NCBI GenBank assembly: GCA_003344405.1
Contig: NOWV01000021.1
Coordinates: forward strand, 248,001 to 312,000
Length of the DNA stretch: 64,000 bases
Source of the DNA: Trichoplax sp. H2
Lineage: Eukaryota
Reading direction: 5' to 3'
Below are positions 41,133 to 54,846 of this stretch, in pieces. Below the pieces are notes generated by a model, which worked only from the letters and a program-made list of their open reading frames with translations, was not told the origin of the DNA and did no database searches. Numbering within the stretch: position 1 is the first letter of the stretch; each line of letters opens with the position of its first letter. The translations under genes were made by a program, and so were the position numbers.

Positions 41133-44100
41133 ATGCAGTTTACTGTGGATGATTTTGAGGTAACATTGTGCATAGTGTAGATTGTAGACGGAAATAATTT
41201 CTAGTTATGCTAGAATGACATGGAATTCTATCATTAATAAAATTGCTCGAAATTACGGATAGATTGTCCTATGCGATTTTGACAAGCTTATAGAAAGCAT
41301 GCAATACTATAGTCGAACTGTTTGATATCAAGATACTTTAGGCCACTTTAGAACCAATGTTAAGAAGCACGTTATTGTTATTCCATCTTGTCATGTAGGT
41401 CAAAAACAGTCTTCATCGTCAGTCTTTAGACCTATATACTAGAAGCTAGAAAGGATAGAGTAATAGACAAGCGTTGATATCAACTTTCTGTTGATTTTTG
41501 ACCTTGACGAGTAATACAACGTAATGACGACAATCACTATACCTAAACACAATTTCTTCTTGTAACTCCCTGATTCAGTTTGTTGGGCAATTCGTGTAAT
41601 AACGTCTTTACTAAACTATTATTTATCAACAGAACGATTTCGATCTGAAAGATTTCATTGAGCGAATCTCGCGTTCATCAACCGGTAGCGGAATTCGTGG
41701 CAAGCCGGAATCTTTCAATCCTCAAGCTTTGCATGTAACATTTGAAGAAGCTATTGATAGCTTACAAAGTGTATTAAAAAGCACAGAAAATAGAGTTAAT
41801 ACAATAGAAGAAACTTGCAAAACTGAAGAATATGAACATCGCAAGCGATTACAATCACTGCAAAAGGCCTTAGATGTACGAAATTGAATTAGAATGCTTT
41901 TAATTTAATCTTATTCTATGGCTTCCACTTTAAATATTATCCACTACTCCATGTAACTAATGTGTCAATTAGTGAGCTAGCCATACCCAAAATTAGCGAT
42001 AGCTTAGTGCTTCTATTAATGATGTCCCTTTTACTCTGTGTATAATTCTTTTCTCCTAACAATAATACTAGACTGCCATTGATCGTTTTGAAGATCTGGA
42101 TCAACGTGTAAACTTTGTAGCGACGAAAGTTGTCCATGTCGGTGATCAATTAGAAGGGGTTAATATGCCCAGATCCCATGATGTCGAGGCACAAAAGTTA
42201 ATGTCCTACTTTTCTGAATACATGGCAGACAGAGATCCACTGGTTATCGTTGTTGAAGATCCTAACAAAGTACGTTATATAGCATTTCTTGACCGATCTA
42301 GATGGTCTATACTAATTGCCAATGAATTAAAATTATTATTTTGAAAATTTTAAATCAGCTAAAGTCATCGTATCTAGCAATTTTACAATTTCATCCAATT
42401 TCCATCGATACTAAATAAATTGTTATTAGTAAAGATAGACTTTAGTGGGTATAACTCAAAACTAACATAGCCATATCCAATGCACTATATCAAGGTTGCC
42501 GAAGCAGCGGATATCATTCAAAACTTATATCATCTATCTCAAGATCTGCCTACCGAGGGGTATGTAGCTAGTAATATCAAGGCTATGTAAATATCTATCT
42601 CGTATTGTAGTATTAATGATTGGCAATATTGCCAAGTCTACTCCGAAATGAAAGATTGTATTCAATTTTAAATTCTTTTCACAGATTTGAAAATGTCAAA
42701 AGCAGAATAAATGGTAAATAAAATAAAAATCATCTTACAAGAATTAAACAAGAATCAGCACAGATACTATCACTACATCAACTAAAGTATCCTTAAATTT
42801 AAGATTGCTTTTTAAATATTGAGCGGTAATGATTTGCTCTTGAACAGAAAAATACAAAGAAGTTGAAAACCGATTGAAATGTGAATTTGCAGTAGCACAT
42901 CAAGCAAAAGATGTCAAGAAAATGAAGGATATTTCCAATACTTTAGCACCATTCAAGGTAATTTATTATTATGCTTTAATTGGACGTCTTACAATTGCTG
43001 AGGTTATTTATTAAGGCAATTTGTCCAATTTAAATATATATTACGGATCATAATGAAAGTCTGTATTATTTCTATGATATAGGGATATAATCAATGCATA
43101 GAAGATTTCATTACCGCTTGTCAAAGGGTATATTTGGAACTAGTGCAATGCTCAAATATCTTTTCAATTTTCCAACTATTTTACGTGTCCTTTCATTAAC
43201 AAATTGCAAATAAATACAGAATCAATTTACCTCGGTCAACGCATTTGATGATATTTTACGAATTTGCGAACGAGTAAGTTGCCAAGGAAGTTTACATGAT
43301 CATTATAAGATTCTATTATTATATTCAAAAGAATCGATGTCATTTAGCCTTGTCATTCTTCTCTTTACTGCCTTTATAGGCCTACGATATTATTAAGGAA
43401 GTTTTTAGCGATTATAATCATATTATGGCAACTCTAGTTGAAAATATCTTTGATGGACATGTCAAGGTAACAATTGGCTGTAACAATATCACATTCTATT
43501 TGACTGTTACTATGCACAAAATAATCATAACGATTTGTTTTAAAGGAATACGTCCATACAAATCTTGATAAACTTTACCAAAATGACAAAGAAAAATATT
43601 TGAAATCCCTCTATGATTACTATGACAGGTATATACATAGGTAGAATTAACACTTATCGGCTACTGCTAGGATAATAACATACTGCTGTCATTCTAAAGA
43701 CAGTAATCAAGTTATCCAATTTTCTTCTCTCAAGATTTCACAAAGTCACCAGTATAATCACTAAAAAGTATGACTTAAGTTCAGAGGTCAGCATTGTAAA
43801 TAAAAGCAAAAAGAGCATATTTGGTTCATACATGGAAGACTATATTAGTGTTGAAGTAAAACACTTGCGAGATATGTTTGATAATTCTATATCGTCGTAC
43901 TACTCGTCAATTGGTCATCAAAAAAGGCAAATTGCAACCGGAGGGTAAAGTTTTTGAAATATAAAAATGAAGCACTGTAAATACTGTGATTTCCTTGTAG
44001 GTCTTATTCTGTACTTGACTTTTTAAATAAGACTCTCTCAAGCATTCCTAAAACGTTCAACTGATACAAGTGGTATAGGAGATGAATCTTTAGTCTCTCA

Positions 44101-45705
44101 AGAAGTAGCAATTAATATGTTATCCGAAAGTCGAAATGCCATTTTACGATGTCATCTGGTATCTTCTTTAGTAAAGTTTTTAACCCATAACTACAAGGAA
44201 TTGACTAATACAACAATTTATTCTATATTATTATAGCTTGCACCGAAACTGAGCTTACCAAATTATATATGGCAGATTTTTGAAGTTCTACTTGAAAAAC
44301 TATGTTTAGACCATATTAGTTATGCTATTGATATCAGTCTCCAAAGTATGCAAATTGTTGAAGTTTATTAATAAATTAGGACAGAACTTAAAAATTATTA
44401 AGTAGCAATTGCAAATTTTTATTGATACATTTTTGCAGTGATTCCCAGCTCGTCTCCTAATACGCAGCCAGATGGCCGTTTTTGCGATGTTTCCGGACAA
44501 GCAAACGCAATTATTCAATTATTAAAAAAACATTTCAACGAAAATGTTTTGCCTGTTATTGGGTAGGCTGTTGCATAATTGCATAACACTGTTTCCATTA
44601 TCTGTGCTTAGAATTTATTATTTTTTCAACCATATTTTCAGGTCTACCGCAATTTACGATAGTAGTATCCAAAAAAGAAATGCCATATTACAACAACTAG
44701 AAGAAAAAATTGATCAGGGACTTGAAAAGTAAGATAAATAGTATATCTTTGAATAACTAACAAACGCTAAAAAATTGACTTATTTATATTTTAGATCTGT
44801 TCAAGCAGCGATTAGTTGGTTAAAGCATATACTGTCAACTGAACAAAAGAAGACTGACTTTAGACCAGAAGATAGTAAGATCGTCGTGGAATTGACCACT
44901 CCTGTAAGTCGTATAACTAATGCATGCTATTAGCTGGTCTATTAGCGTATTTTCTGTATAAAATTCCCATTAAAAGTATGTAATTTAAAAAGTTTACTTG
45001 TTATACAGGCTTGTTCCAGTTGTATTCAGTTTATTAGACTACAAAGAAAGTTAATAAAAAGTTGTTTAGATGGTAAAAATGTTGAGGAAGTATTAAAAGA
45101 ATTTGGCGTACGATTTCATCGAATTTTATATGATCACTTACAACAATTCGCGTACAACTCCATGGGTAAATATTGATAACGAGTGTTTTATGCTTTTAGT
45201 TTTAATGGTATAAACCTAATTCCATTCCTATACGAATTGATTGTACTTTTTTATCTGTAGGTGGAATGTTTGCTTTAGCTGACGTTCACAGTTACCAAGA
45301 TTGCATTAAAGAATTCCAGGTATTTTTTTAAAACTTCCAATTTAAGTAAACCATTACTATAACAACTGAATGAGCTTTGTACCTATAGTATCTGAGTAAC
45401 TTCACTGTGTATTACTCGCTTCAGATACCATTGTTAGATAAATTATTTTCAACTCTACACGCACTATGCAAGCTCTTAGTCACAAACCCAGAGAATATAC
45501 GTCAACTTTGCTGCGAAGAACAACTGGTATGTAGTTCATTTAATGTAGGAAAATAGTACATCACTGGTACAGATTAATTTAATCTAACTGCATTATTTTA
45601 AACCCTATGACGTTGTAGGCCTCCATGGATCGAAATGTTTTACAGCAATTTGCCAATTTAAGAACAGATTATAAAACTGCTCGATTAGCAAAGCACTTTC
45701 AGTGA
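41133..45705 (+). CDS. EXOC5: Exocyst complex component 5 (Sec10); spliced
   Basis: Exon 41133-41159 (MQFTVDDFE) joins 41633 onward (NDFDLKDFIERI..GIRGKPESFNP). Motifs: FVATKVVHVGDQLEGVNMPR, EAADIIQNLYHLSQDLP, EQKKTDFRP, LDGKNVEEVLKEFGVRFH. C-terminus RTDYKTARLAKHFQ ends with TGA at 45703-45705. Confidence 0.94.
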
Positions 45706-46500
45706 TATAATACAGTAATAATTCCAACCTGTAGCGATATATTTTGTAGCAATTATTGTAATTTTACATGGACATAACTAGTTACATCTGTTATGGACTG
45801 GTATCATTAATGGGTCCTCTTTAAAAATCGATAACAATACAAGGTACATATTCAGTTTATGGATTTGTTAGATTGTTCTTATCGTTTAACTGGAATATAT
45901 GAACGAAGGACTACGACAGTCATCATCGTGTATCAATCGCAATAAACATCACAAATGGTCCGTTACTGTAGATTTTTAATCACAGTTTTCATGTAGTTTC
46001 TACACAAAAAGGTATACTATGTCTATCATGTAATGACCATTGCAAGTTTTATCGTAATGTTAAATTTGTCTTATGGATTGACCTTAATCATTGTCTCATA
46101 TCTTTTACAATTACATATTTACTATAACTGGAGTATCGCAATTATCGGTACTATTTACGGCAACAATTTTATGTTGTTTGTCCTGTCATGTTAAGGGTAT
46201 CGAAATTGAGAAATTATTTGTTTTCTATGTAAAACATTAGAAAAAATCAGATGTAAAATATTACATTTCTGTTTGGATATATCATGTTCAAGCTTTTGTG
46301 ATAGATTCGTTAAAAAGAACGTAATTTTAACTCCAACTTAACAGGATTACTTTTACTTAGTAATATGTAAATGATAATATGATTATAATTATTAAACGAT
46401 GTACTGTACAAGGGTAACATTGTAGATAAATTTAGAGTATCATCATACATACAATCCAAATTACCTATACGAAGTAATTGCCAATAGATACGCCTGAAAC

Positions 46501-49500
46501 TTAAAGTAGCATTTTCAAGAGCATAATTTGACTATCAGTTATAATATTATCTTGAATATCATCAATTAGTTCAGCGTCATACTTCTGTTCGTAAGCGATT
46601 TTGATATCATCTAGATCGACCTGCATCAAAACAAATTTCACATCAGTTACAATTACTTTAACAAGCTTTTCTACCTGCTAGAATTTAAAAGATAGTCGAT
46701 CATATTAGTAAATACTATCATTGTATTAAATCTGATTTTAATGTGGCTTTCACAACATAACGATATTTAATGCATTAAGCATTTATAATTCCGATCTTAT
46801 CGAACCTCATGTCTAGTTATGATCACCCTTGAAATGGTTTTCAAATCCATCTCATTAATGGCAGCATGTAACACGACAGCAAAATAACCCGGTGTATCAG
46901 TTACACATTTAAGGATTGACTTTAAACTCTCATTAGTTGGGCTTTGAATTTTTTCATCAACAGTTTGATAAATATCCCCAGTGGTACTTTCCTAGACGTT
47001 ATCCAAATGTATTATGATTAAATTCAATATGCATGTACCGGTATATCTCATATACCCGTATAATTATCGAATTATTCATTAAGTAATTTATGACGTTACC
47101 TCTTTAAAATGATTACAAACTTCCCTGATATGATTAAAGTTTCGTGTTGACAATGTGGTATTCAATTTGGAATTATCTGATGCCCAATCTTCATTGTCGG
47201 CCTTCATAGATCAGTTATCGATTAATTAATATGAATAATTAAGTTCCTCTCATGATATCATTTCATTGATACGGCACTATGTACCATTAAACTTAGGAAT
47301 ATTTATCGAAATACATTCAAATTGTTTACAAATATCCACTCATAGAGAGAGAAAGAGAAAACAACTTCACCTTCATTGTATCCACTATCGTACTATAGTC
47401 TAATAAGAATTTGTGCTTACCTCAAGCAACTGACGAACATCATCTTTAACAGCGGACTCATCCACAACATCATTGATTTCTCTCCTTGTCTGAAGAATAA
47501 TTAATTAATGCAAGCGCTGTATAAGTAAAATTGGTGTAGCTTTTGGTAGCACATCCACATTAGGGTAACGACTATCGGCACAAGCTATGCAAGCATTCAC
47601 TATATTAGCTATAAGTTATACCGTAATAAATGATGTCAAGAGTTTTCCTATTCTAGACTGGCGATCTCCAGATAGATTCGCTTCCAATGTCATACCAAAC
47701 TCAGATTCATATACTTCAGCAATTGCTTGTAATTCCTATTCAATAAATTTATAACCAGCATTATATATGGTATTCTATATTACTACAATGCTGAGCATAC
47801 CAATTTCAGATATATTTGCAAATGACCTACGGTTTGACACTAACATTTATAAATAATAAATAATCCTTACCAAAAATGTTCTACTGCAAACAATTTCAAT
47901 CATAACAGATGCTCTATTTCCACTTCCCTAATTCAATATCGAAATAGTGTGTATTAGTCTAATAAAACATAAGGCTATTGACTAGAATCGAGCTTTCATC
48001 TACTGTACATATCGATCTCAATCTAAGTTCACCCATAGATTCAATCAATCATCAAACCTGAATTGCATCATGAAGCGCCTTTGCATCGTATTCTGATTTC
48101 TCCGTTAGCATCACGTTAAGAAGCTCTGTATAATCACCTCCCAACTCAACTTTAGTATCGCTTAATAAATCCTAACAAATTTTAAATAGTTCTAGGTAAG
48201 AAAAAATCAAATAACAAATGATAACCATTTAAATCCGGTCTTGCCTGTGAATATTTTGAAGTATATGCTTTAGAAATTTGTATTCGTTGGTCTCGTCTTC
48301 TTTCTCCCAGCAGATCAACTATGGTATCACCACCTGAATCTAATCATTCGTATGATAATTTATGCAAAAAATATCATTATTCGCACTTCACTATATTACA
48401 TTAAAATAATTTATTTTATATTTTATCACATTATAAGATAATTTAACCTCCTAAAAATGCAGCAGTATATACTATTCGATTGAATTCTAATATTATTATC
48501 GCCTACCCAAATCACCAAAGGCATGATACAAAATTTTAGCATCATCATCAGGATCAAAATTTGTCGATTCAGGAACATCCTATTTTTGTATTCGTTATGA
48601 AATAGTAATATTGATCATCAAATTAATCTAATCGTCCAACTCTTTTCAAGACTTTACTTAAATACTTAAAAATAAAGCCTTATATTTATTCCTTTACCGA
48701 TTTTTTATCCTGATCATCTACTTCCTTAGAATCTTCATTTTTGCCATCTCCATGAACTGATTCATTTTCTTTCTTACCATGATGACTGCTATGGCTACTG
48801 CGACGACTACTATTTCCATGACTGCTGTGATGGCTACTATGTTTGTTGTCATCATCGCTACGATGGCTATGACTGTTATGATTTCCACCACTGGAGCGAC
48901 TACCAGCATTACTACGATCTGAAGGGATATCTCCATGGTTTTCGTTTGCAGTTGCTAAATCTTGATCATGATTGCTCTTATTATCTTCCTGCTGCTGTTC
49001 ATCAGCCACATTCTCATTCTGATCTTGATTATCTGCCTGTTCTTGGTCTCCAACCTGATCTTTATTTTCAACTTGGTCGTGAATTTCAGCTTCGTCCTGA
49101 TTTTCAGCCTGGTCTTGAATTTCAGTCTGATCTTGATTTTCAGACTGATTCTGATTTTCAGCCTGGTCTTGAATTTCAGTTTGGTCTTGATTTTCAGACT
49201 GATCTTGATTTTTAGACTGATCTTGATTTTCAGCCAGATCTTGATTATCTAGTTGATCATGATTTTCAGCCTGGTCTTGATTATCAGGCTGATCTTGCTT
49301 TTCAGACAGATCTTGACTTTCAGCCTGATCTTGATTTTTAGACTGATCTTGATTTTCAGCCAGATCTTGATTATCTAGTTGATCATGATTTTCAGCCTGG
49401 TCTTGATTATCAGGCTGATCCTGCTTTTCAGACAGATCTTGACTTTCAGCCTGATCTTGAATATCTAGTTGATCATGATTTTCAGGCTGATCTTGATTTT

Positions 49501-52500
49501 CAGGCTGATCTTGATTTTCAGACTGAGCTTGATTTTCAAACTGACCTTGATTTTCAATCTGATCTTGATTATCTGGTTGATCATGATCATCAGCTGAGAC
49601 AGGTTGAGTTTTATTTACATCGTGAAGGTCTTCATCAGCCAATTTATCCTGATCATCATATACTTCGCGATTCGTTTCGTGATCATCAACTGGTGAAGGC
49701 TGATTGCTCCTGGCTTCAGATTTTGCGTCCTCAAGTAGCTCTAGCTGCCGATCCCTATCATCATGATTTTCGCTAACACCTTCTTTCTTATTTAGAGCAT
49801 CGTCAGTTTCATGATGCTCATCATCGCTATAACTCGTAGCACCATTCATTAAATTGTCATCATGCATCGATTTTTGATCATCAGGTGTTACAGCTCTACT
49901 AGAGTGTTTACTACTGTGTTCACTATCGAATTTATCACTGTAAGGTGTCGGAGTTCGACTTTTATCCATTTTTTCTTGATGGTTATCGCCATCACGTTCA
50001 TCTATGTGGCTATCTTCTACAGCAACGGGAGATTTAAGGTCATCATCCGGTGATTTTGAGTTTTCGTTTTTCGATTTTATATTAGGAAGAACTTTCGGTT
50101 TTGGTTTAATTTGCTTCTCTGTCCCATTAGCTTTCTTTACCGGTGGTAAAACATTATGGTTATTTTTAAAGCTTTTATTAGGTACAGTTTTATGACGTGC
50201 TCGATTTGGCGCAGCCTGAAATGATATAATTCTCTATTATTATTATATTCAATGTTTAGAAGGAGATAATTTCGATATTGCTCTACTTTAAATTATTTTC
50301 TATCTTATCATTAGAGATCTGTATCTATATAGATGATCAATCATCCTCTTGACTACGAATTCAATCTTAATATTCTGCATACCACTTTAGGAACATTATT
50401 TCTCTCAACTTCATCATTACTTTTAGTACGATGATGCCGGTAGTTGTCTTTAGAATAGTCCTTAAGAAGAACATTGTAATTAAATTCATTTATGCCGACA
50501 TTTACAGATAATATAAAATTGATAAGATTGTTAATGAACGGTAGCGTTAGTCTAAACATTTGGTGTGTAAAAGCATGGATAACCTTTAATTATTCCAATT
50601 ACCTTATTATTGCCTCCTCTTAGTTGCAGCTGAATAATTATCCAGAAATGCGAATTAACAAAACGTAAGTAAGGAAAATTCGTACTATATCCGGATTATC
50701 AGCATAGTGCTATTTAAATAATATAATCTTTTTCTCCTTAAAAGTATTCTATAGCGCTTATAGACATTACTAACATTCATAGCGACTTACAGATGTTTTT
50801 ACGTCTACTCGATAATCTTTAGTCGTATCATCATGACACTTTAAGTAGTATAAATGCTTCTGAAAGTCTTCCTCCTACGAAATGAAGAAAAATAGATTGA
50901 TAAAGGATTGATTCGGTACAGATATAGTCGCATACTTCACATGATAACAGAGTAGAACTGATTGAATTATAACTTTTAACATAAATTGGATCATCCTCTA
51001 TAATACTGTATTACATAATATATTCCGATATAGTATGGGCAAGTAATAAGCCTTACTATCAGCATAGTTTCTGCATATTAATTATATAAAGCAACAACAT
51101 AGCATGAAATTGATTTAATGTAATTAAAGTAAAATTGATAATTTATCATATTTTACCCATCGTCCAGTATGATAGGTTGGCCCAATGCTTTTTAGTTTTC
51201 CTAAAAGAGCCTAAATTATACAAGCAATTATAATTACTGGAGCAATAAGTCTTACCAATATACAAAGTTTAATCAATTCGAACATTCATTCATACACCTG
51301 TAGGTAGTACATTACAGTCAACACTACAAGAAATTAGTGACATATCGAAAATATCCATGCACCTGTCATTATTCATAATGTGGTCTAAACTATGTTATAT
51401 TTTGAAAGATAAACTACAGATAATATAAAGTACTAAAGAAAAACATCACTACTTTTTATAAGCTTCGGTTAAATATGGCATAACCATTAAAACAGCTGAA
51501 CATAATCAGAATAAATATGTGCGCAGATTTCAAATTCCATTCACTAAACATTTTTTGATTTTAAGAGTAAATTCATTTTATTCACCTGATTTTCCTGATT
51601 AATTTTATTAACCACTGCCTCTCGATAGGGTTGATTTAAGCTACCATAGAATATTAAAAAACGATTAAGAAATTAATTTATCCATGTAGCCTAATGACAA
51701 TGGTAAACCACAGTCATTACTGCATCATTTTAATAAAGCCACTTTATAGAAACTCGAGCTTCTAAGAGTATATCTTAGCTTAATTATCCGATATTTTGAT
51801 TAAGGTACAACTCTGCCTATTTATGTCTTGTTTTAAATTAATTATATGACTAATAAGAAATTCTAAAGAGGAATACTGGATTGTGCGATGTTAATCTATT
51901 AACGACTATTAATAAATGTGACGTTAAATTTTTCGGACGGCAAATATAAATATTTTCACATTGTAACTCACGCATTCCGAATGAGCTAATATGCTCCACA
52001 CTGTGATACTCTACAACGTACTTTGTTTATAAAATCTATAAAATTGTATGCAGTCTACAGTATGTTAATTCAATAATCTGTTGTCTAACACAACCGTATA
52101 TATGTCACGGTGAACCCCGGGAATCAGTTTCTATTAACTAGAGGTCATGAAAGGTTCATAGACAGAAAAACGACTATAACTTTGAGGCAGAGTATGCTAA
52201 TGAAGTAATGTAGTTATTCAACCATGCATATCATCTTAACACGTTGAATAAACCGAATACTTTCACTTATCTAATAATTGACCTAATAGTTGTTTAAAGT
52301 GTGAGTGAAATTATTTCAGGCCAATCTGAGTCATTTCTTCTTATTATTTACAAAATCGCTATTATGCCATTTTCCAGTCTATTACAAGATATCAAGCGAC
52401 GAGAAGCAATTTTACCTTTTAGCCCCTTGCTCATTCCAGTTATCCACTTGGCCCCGCCTGCTCATAATATGCGACATTTTAGCTAGTAGAATTCTATTCT

Positions 52501-54846
52501 CCTGCTTGATAGTTGCCTGACGATCTTCCTCTTGCTATTGGCGATACAAAATACATAAACATCAATATTAACTCTCTAAATGGATATAATCAACAATAAA
52601 CATAATATCATAGCAACCTCTAACAATCCCATTCCGAATATTAATGACATAAAATAGGCAAATGAAATGCTTACTATATTTAAATGAATTGAATACATTG
52701 AAACTAATTGAACTATAAAGAGGTTATTTTATTTCATTTCCAATGCCACATATATTCCACTACTATTTTGTTAGCCCACTCCCAACTCCAAAATCAACAG
52801 TAATGATTACCGTAATATGAATATAAATTGTACGTACTGTATATTCTTATATATTAAATTAGAGATTGCGGTAAACAGTACAGTTAGTATAGCATGGGAA
52901 AAATTCTGTAATTGCCATCAGGTGTATTCAAAAATAAAATGATTTCTTGAATGTAAAAATTAGTTCCGCTGTAAACGATGATTACAATATATGAATGAAT
53001 ATTAAAAATTCTGTCATTTAACTTCCGACCTTCATCTTTTTCATTCGAATCTGTAAATGAAGATATTCTTTTGGTGGCTTATTATCAATATCGGCTTTCA
53101 TCCGTCGAACCTATAAACCGCATATAATCCAGAAATGTAAATTCTATCGAAATCAAAAATTAATTTTACAAGTGGATCATATATTAAACTATTGTAATAT
53201 AGCAATAAAAAATTTTCCGAACAATAGTTTCACAACATAATCGAAACGAACAGAAACAAAATAATTAAATGAAAATTTAATTTTGGTTTTGTTTTTTCGC
53301 TGCCATAAACATCATAGAAATTTATAAGACAGGAAAATAATATTAGACTGCAAGAATTGGAACACGATATTATAGCCTAGAATAATGTCAAATCCATAAT
53401 TAAATGTAGCATCATGCTATAACCATCAGTCGCGGTATAATGAACATCATTTCACTTTTCTGCTCTCTCATACATGTATAGATATGATCGTTATTGTAAA
53501 ATGCATTATCAAATTGGTCACCAAAAACTTCCCATAAGTAAAATAAAATATATAAACGTTGATAGAAAGGCCAGTAAATAATCAATAACGCTAGTTTAAT
53601 TCCCTTAATCTAGCTGCTAATAAGTAGAATCTTTTAACTTTTTCTTACATGTACACCAATATTTAATATTAATCATTCGCAAATCTAAATTATTGTCAGT
53701 CTGATGATTCAAATATTAATTACTTTGATGGCATTATTCAAGAACTTGAAGAAAGGTCTAATAAAGAACTATTTCAATCTCAAAACCTTACGTATATGTC
53801 AGTACTCTTGCTGATTAGCTAACGATGGAGAAGCTTTAATCAATCTTGCACTAATATTAACTTCAAATATTGGATCTACTGAATAACGGATTATGTTAAA
53901 ACTGATATCTCTCAGAATAGTCTAATACAAGTCTCTTCAATAAGCTAATGCTGAGTTTATACAGCATTTCCACAGAGTATCATAGATACAGAACAAGATT
54001 TTACAACTTGTCCTGCATTATCTATTAATTCATAAATTGTTTTAAGCTGTAGATATTTCCTTAAATCAGACTGTTATTATCATAACTTTGTATTTAGATA
54101 GCTCGATTATTCAGTCTAACTTGTTTTGAAGCGAGATGGATCTTCATACTATATTCGCTATGATAAGATATTTAACTAAATGATTAAATGTAATTCAATA
54201 GAATATCTGCTATATTATATACTCCCTGACTCTTTCGTCGTAATTACTATACTTTACTAATAAACGTACTACTCATCCTCGTTTTAAATTAAAAATAAAG
54301 ATAGTACAGAATTAATCGGTAATTTTAGTAATATGCGTATGATATTCTACTTTAATTGATTTTAGTTACAGCAATTGATCTAGATATAGTAAGGATACAG
54401 GTTTATGATCATGAGTTAAATTTAATAGATAAAGGCTGTGGAATTGAATGAATATCGGTTTTCATCCTATTAACAGCATTAGGAACCTCATCTAGTGACT
54501 ATTCATTAATAAGAAAATATTCTACGTATCTTATGTCAGTAGTTAACAGACAATATTTAGATATCCGTAACTCGTAAGTTAACATTTAATGGGTTTTTTA
54601 TTTGCATATTTATGAAAAAGTACGTTGTTATTTTCCAGTTAGTTTTCGGATTCAAACTAAAGTAGTAATATGGAAAGATGCTAATTTTCTCAAGCTTTCA
54701 ACAATTTTTAATTTCTTCTCGGCAATAGAAAATGTCTAGAATCTTAGTTTGCTTACTTTCTTCATATGTAAATCATATGCACGATCTTCCCATCGCTTCT
54801 GCAATAACTTGCTTGAAGGCACGAAGCTGGGTGTTGATTGTGGCAT
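46501..54846 (-). CDS. Chimeric protein: CFAP97D/KIAA1430-like N-terminal domain, acidic repeat linker and four annexin repeats, ~1002 aa
   Basis: 17 exons join in phase (3009 nt): 54757-54846, 53030-53110, 52416-52534, 51586-51640, 51157-51210, 50791-50874, 50383-50460, 48698-50215, 48507-48579, 48245-48339, 48058-48171, 47871-47927, 47622-47735, 47421-47489, 47100-47201, 46806-46991 and 46501-46620. N-terminus: KLLQKRWEDRAYDLHMKKV..IDNKPP..YLHL..ENRILLAKMSHIM..VDNWN..SLN..ENQALL..WEEDF. Annexin core: FDPDDDAKIL, QRIQISKAY..DLLSDTKVELGG, YDAKALHDAI, PGYFAVVLH, RVIITRHEVDL. Confidence 0.8.
49020..49590 (-). repeat. Coding 18-nt tandem repeat (DQxENQ hexapeptide) with higher-order 126-nt and 54-nt duplications
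   Basis: About 30 units resembling GATCAGxCTGAAAATCAA. The 42-aa block QAESQDLSEK...QSKNQD is present twice (period 126, starting at 49201 and 49327). Confidence 0.95.

Noticed and set aside
48718..49252. Hydrophobic ORFs 48962-49252(+), 48946-49215(+) and 48718-48936(-)
   Set aside because: These are antisense or alternate-frame shadows of the coding hexapeptide and His/Ser repeats.
48686..49969. The 427-aa ORF as a stand-alone gene
   Set aside because: The frame stays open upstream to an acceptor at 50215 and has a donor at 48697, so it is an internal exon.
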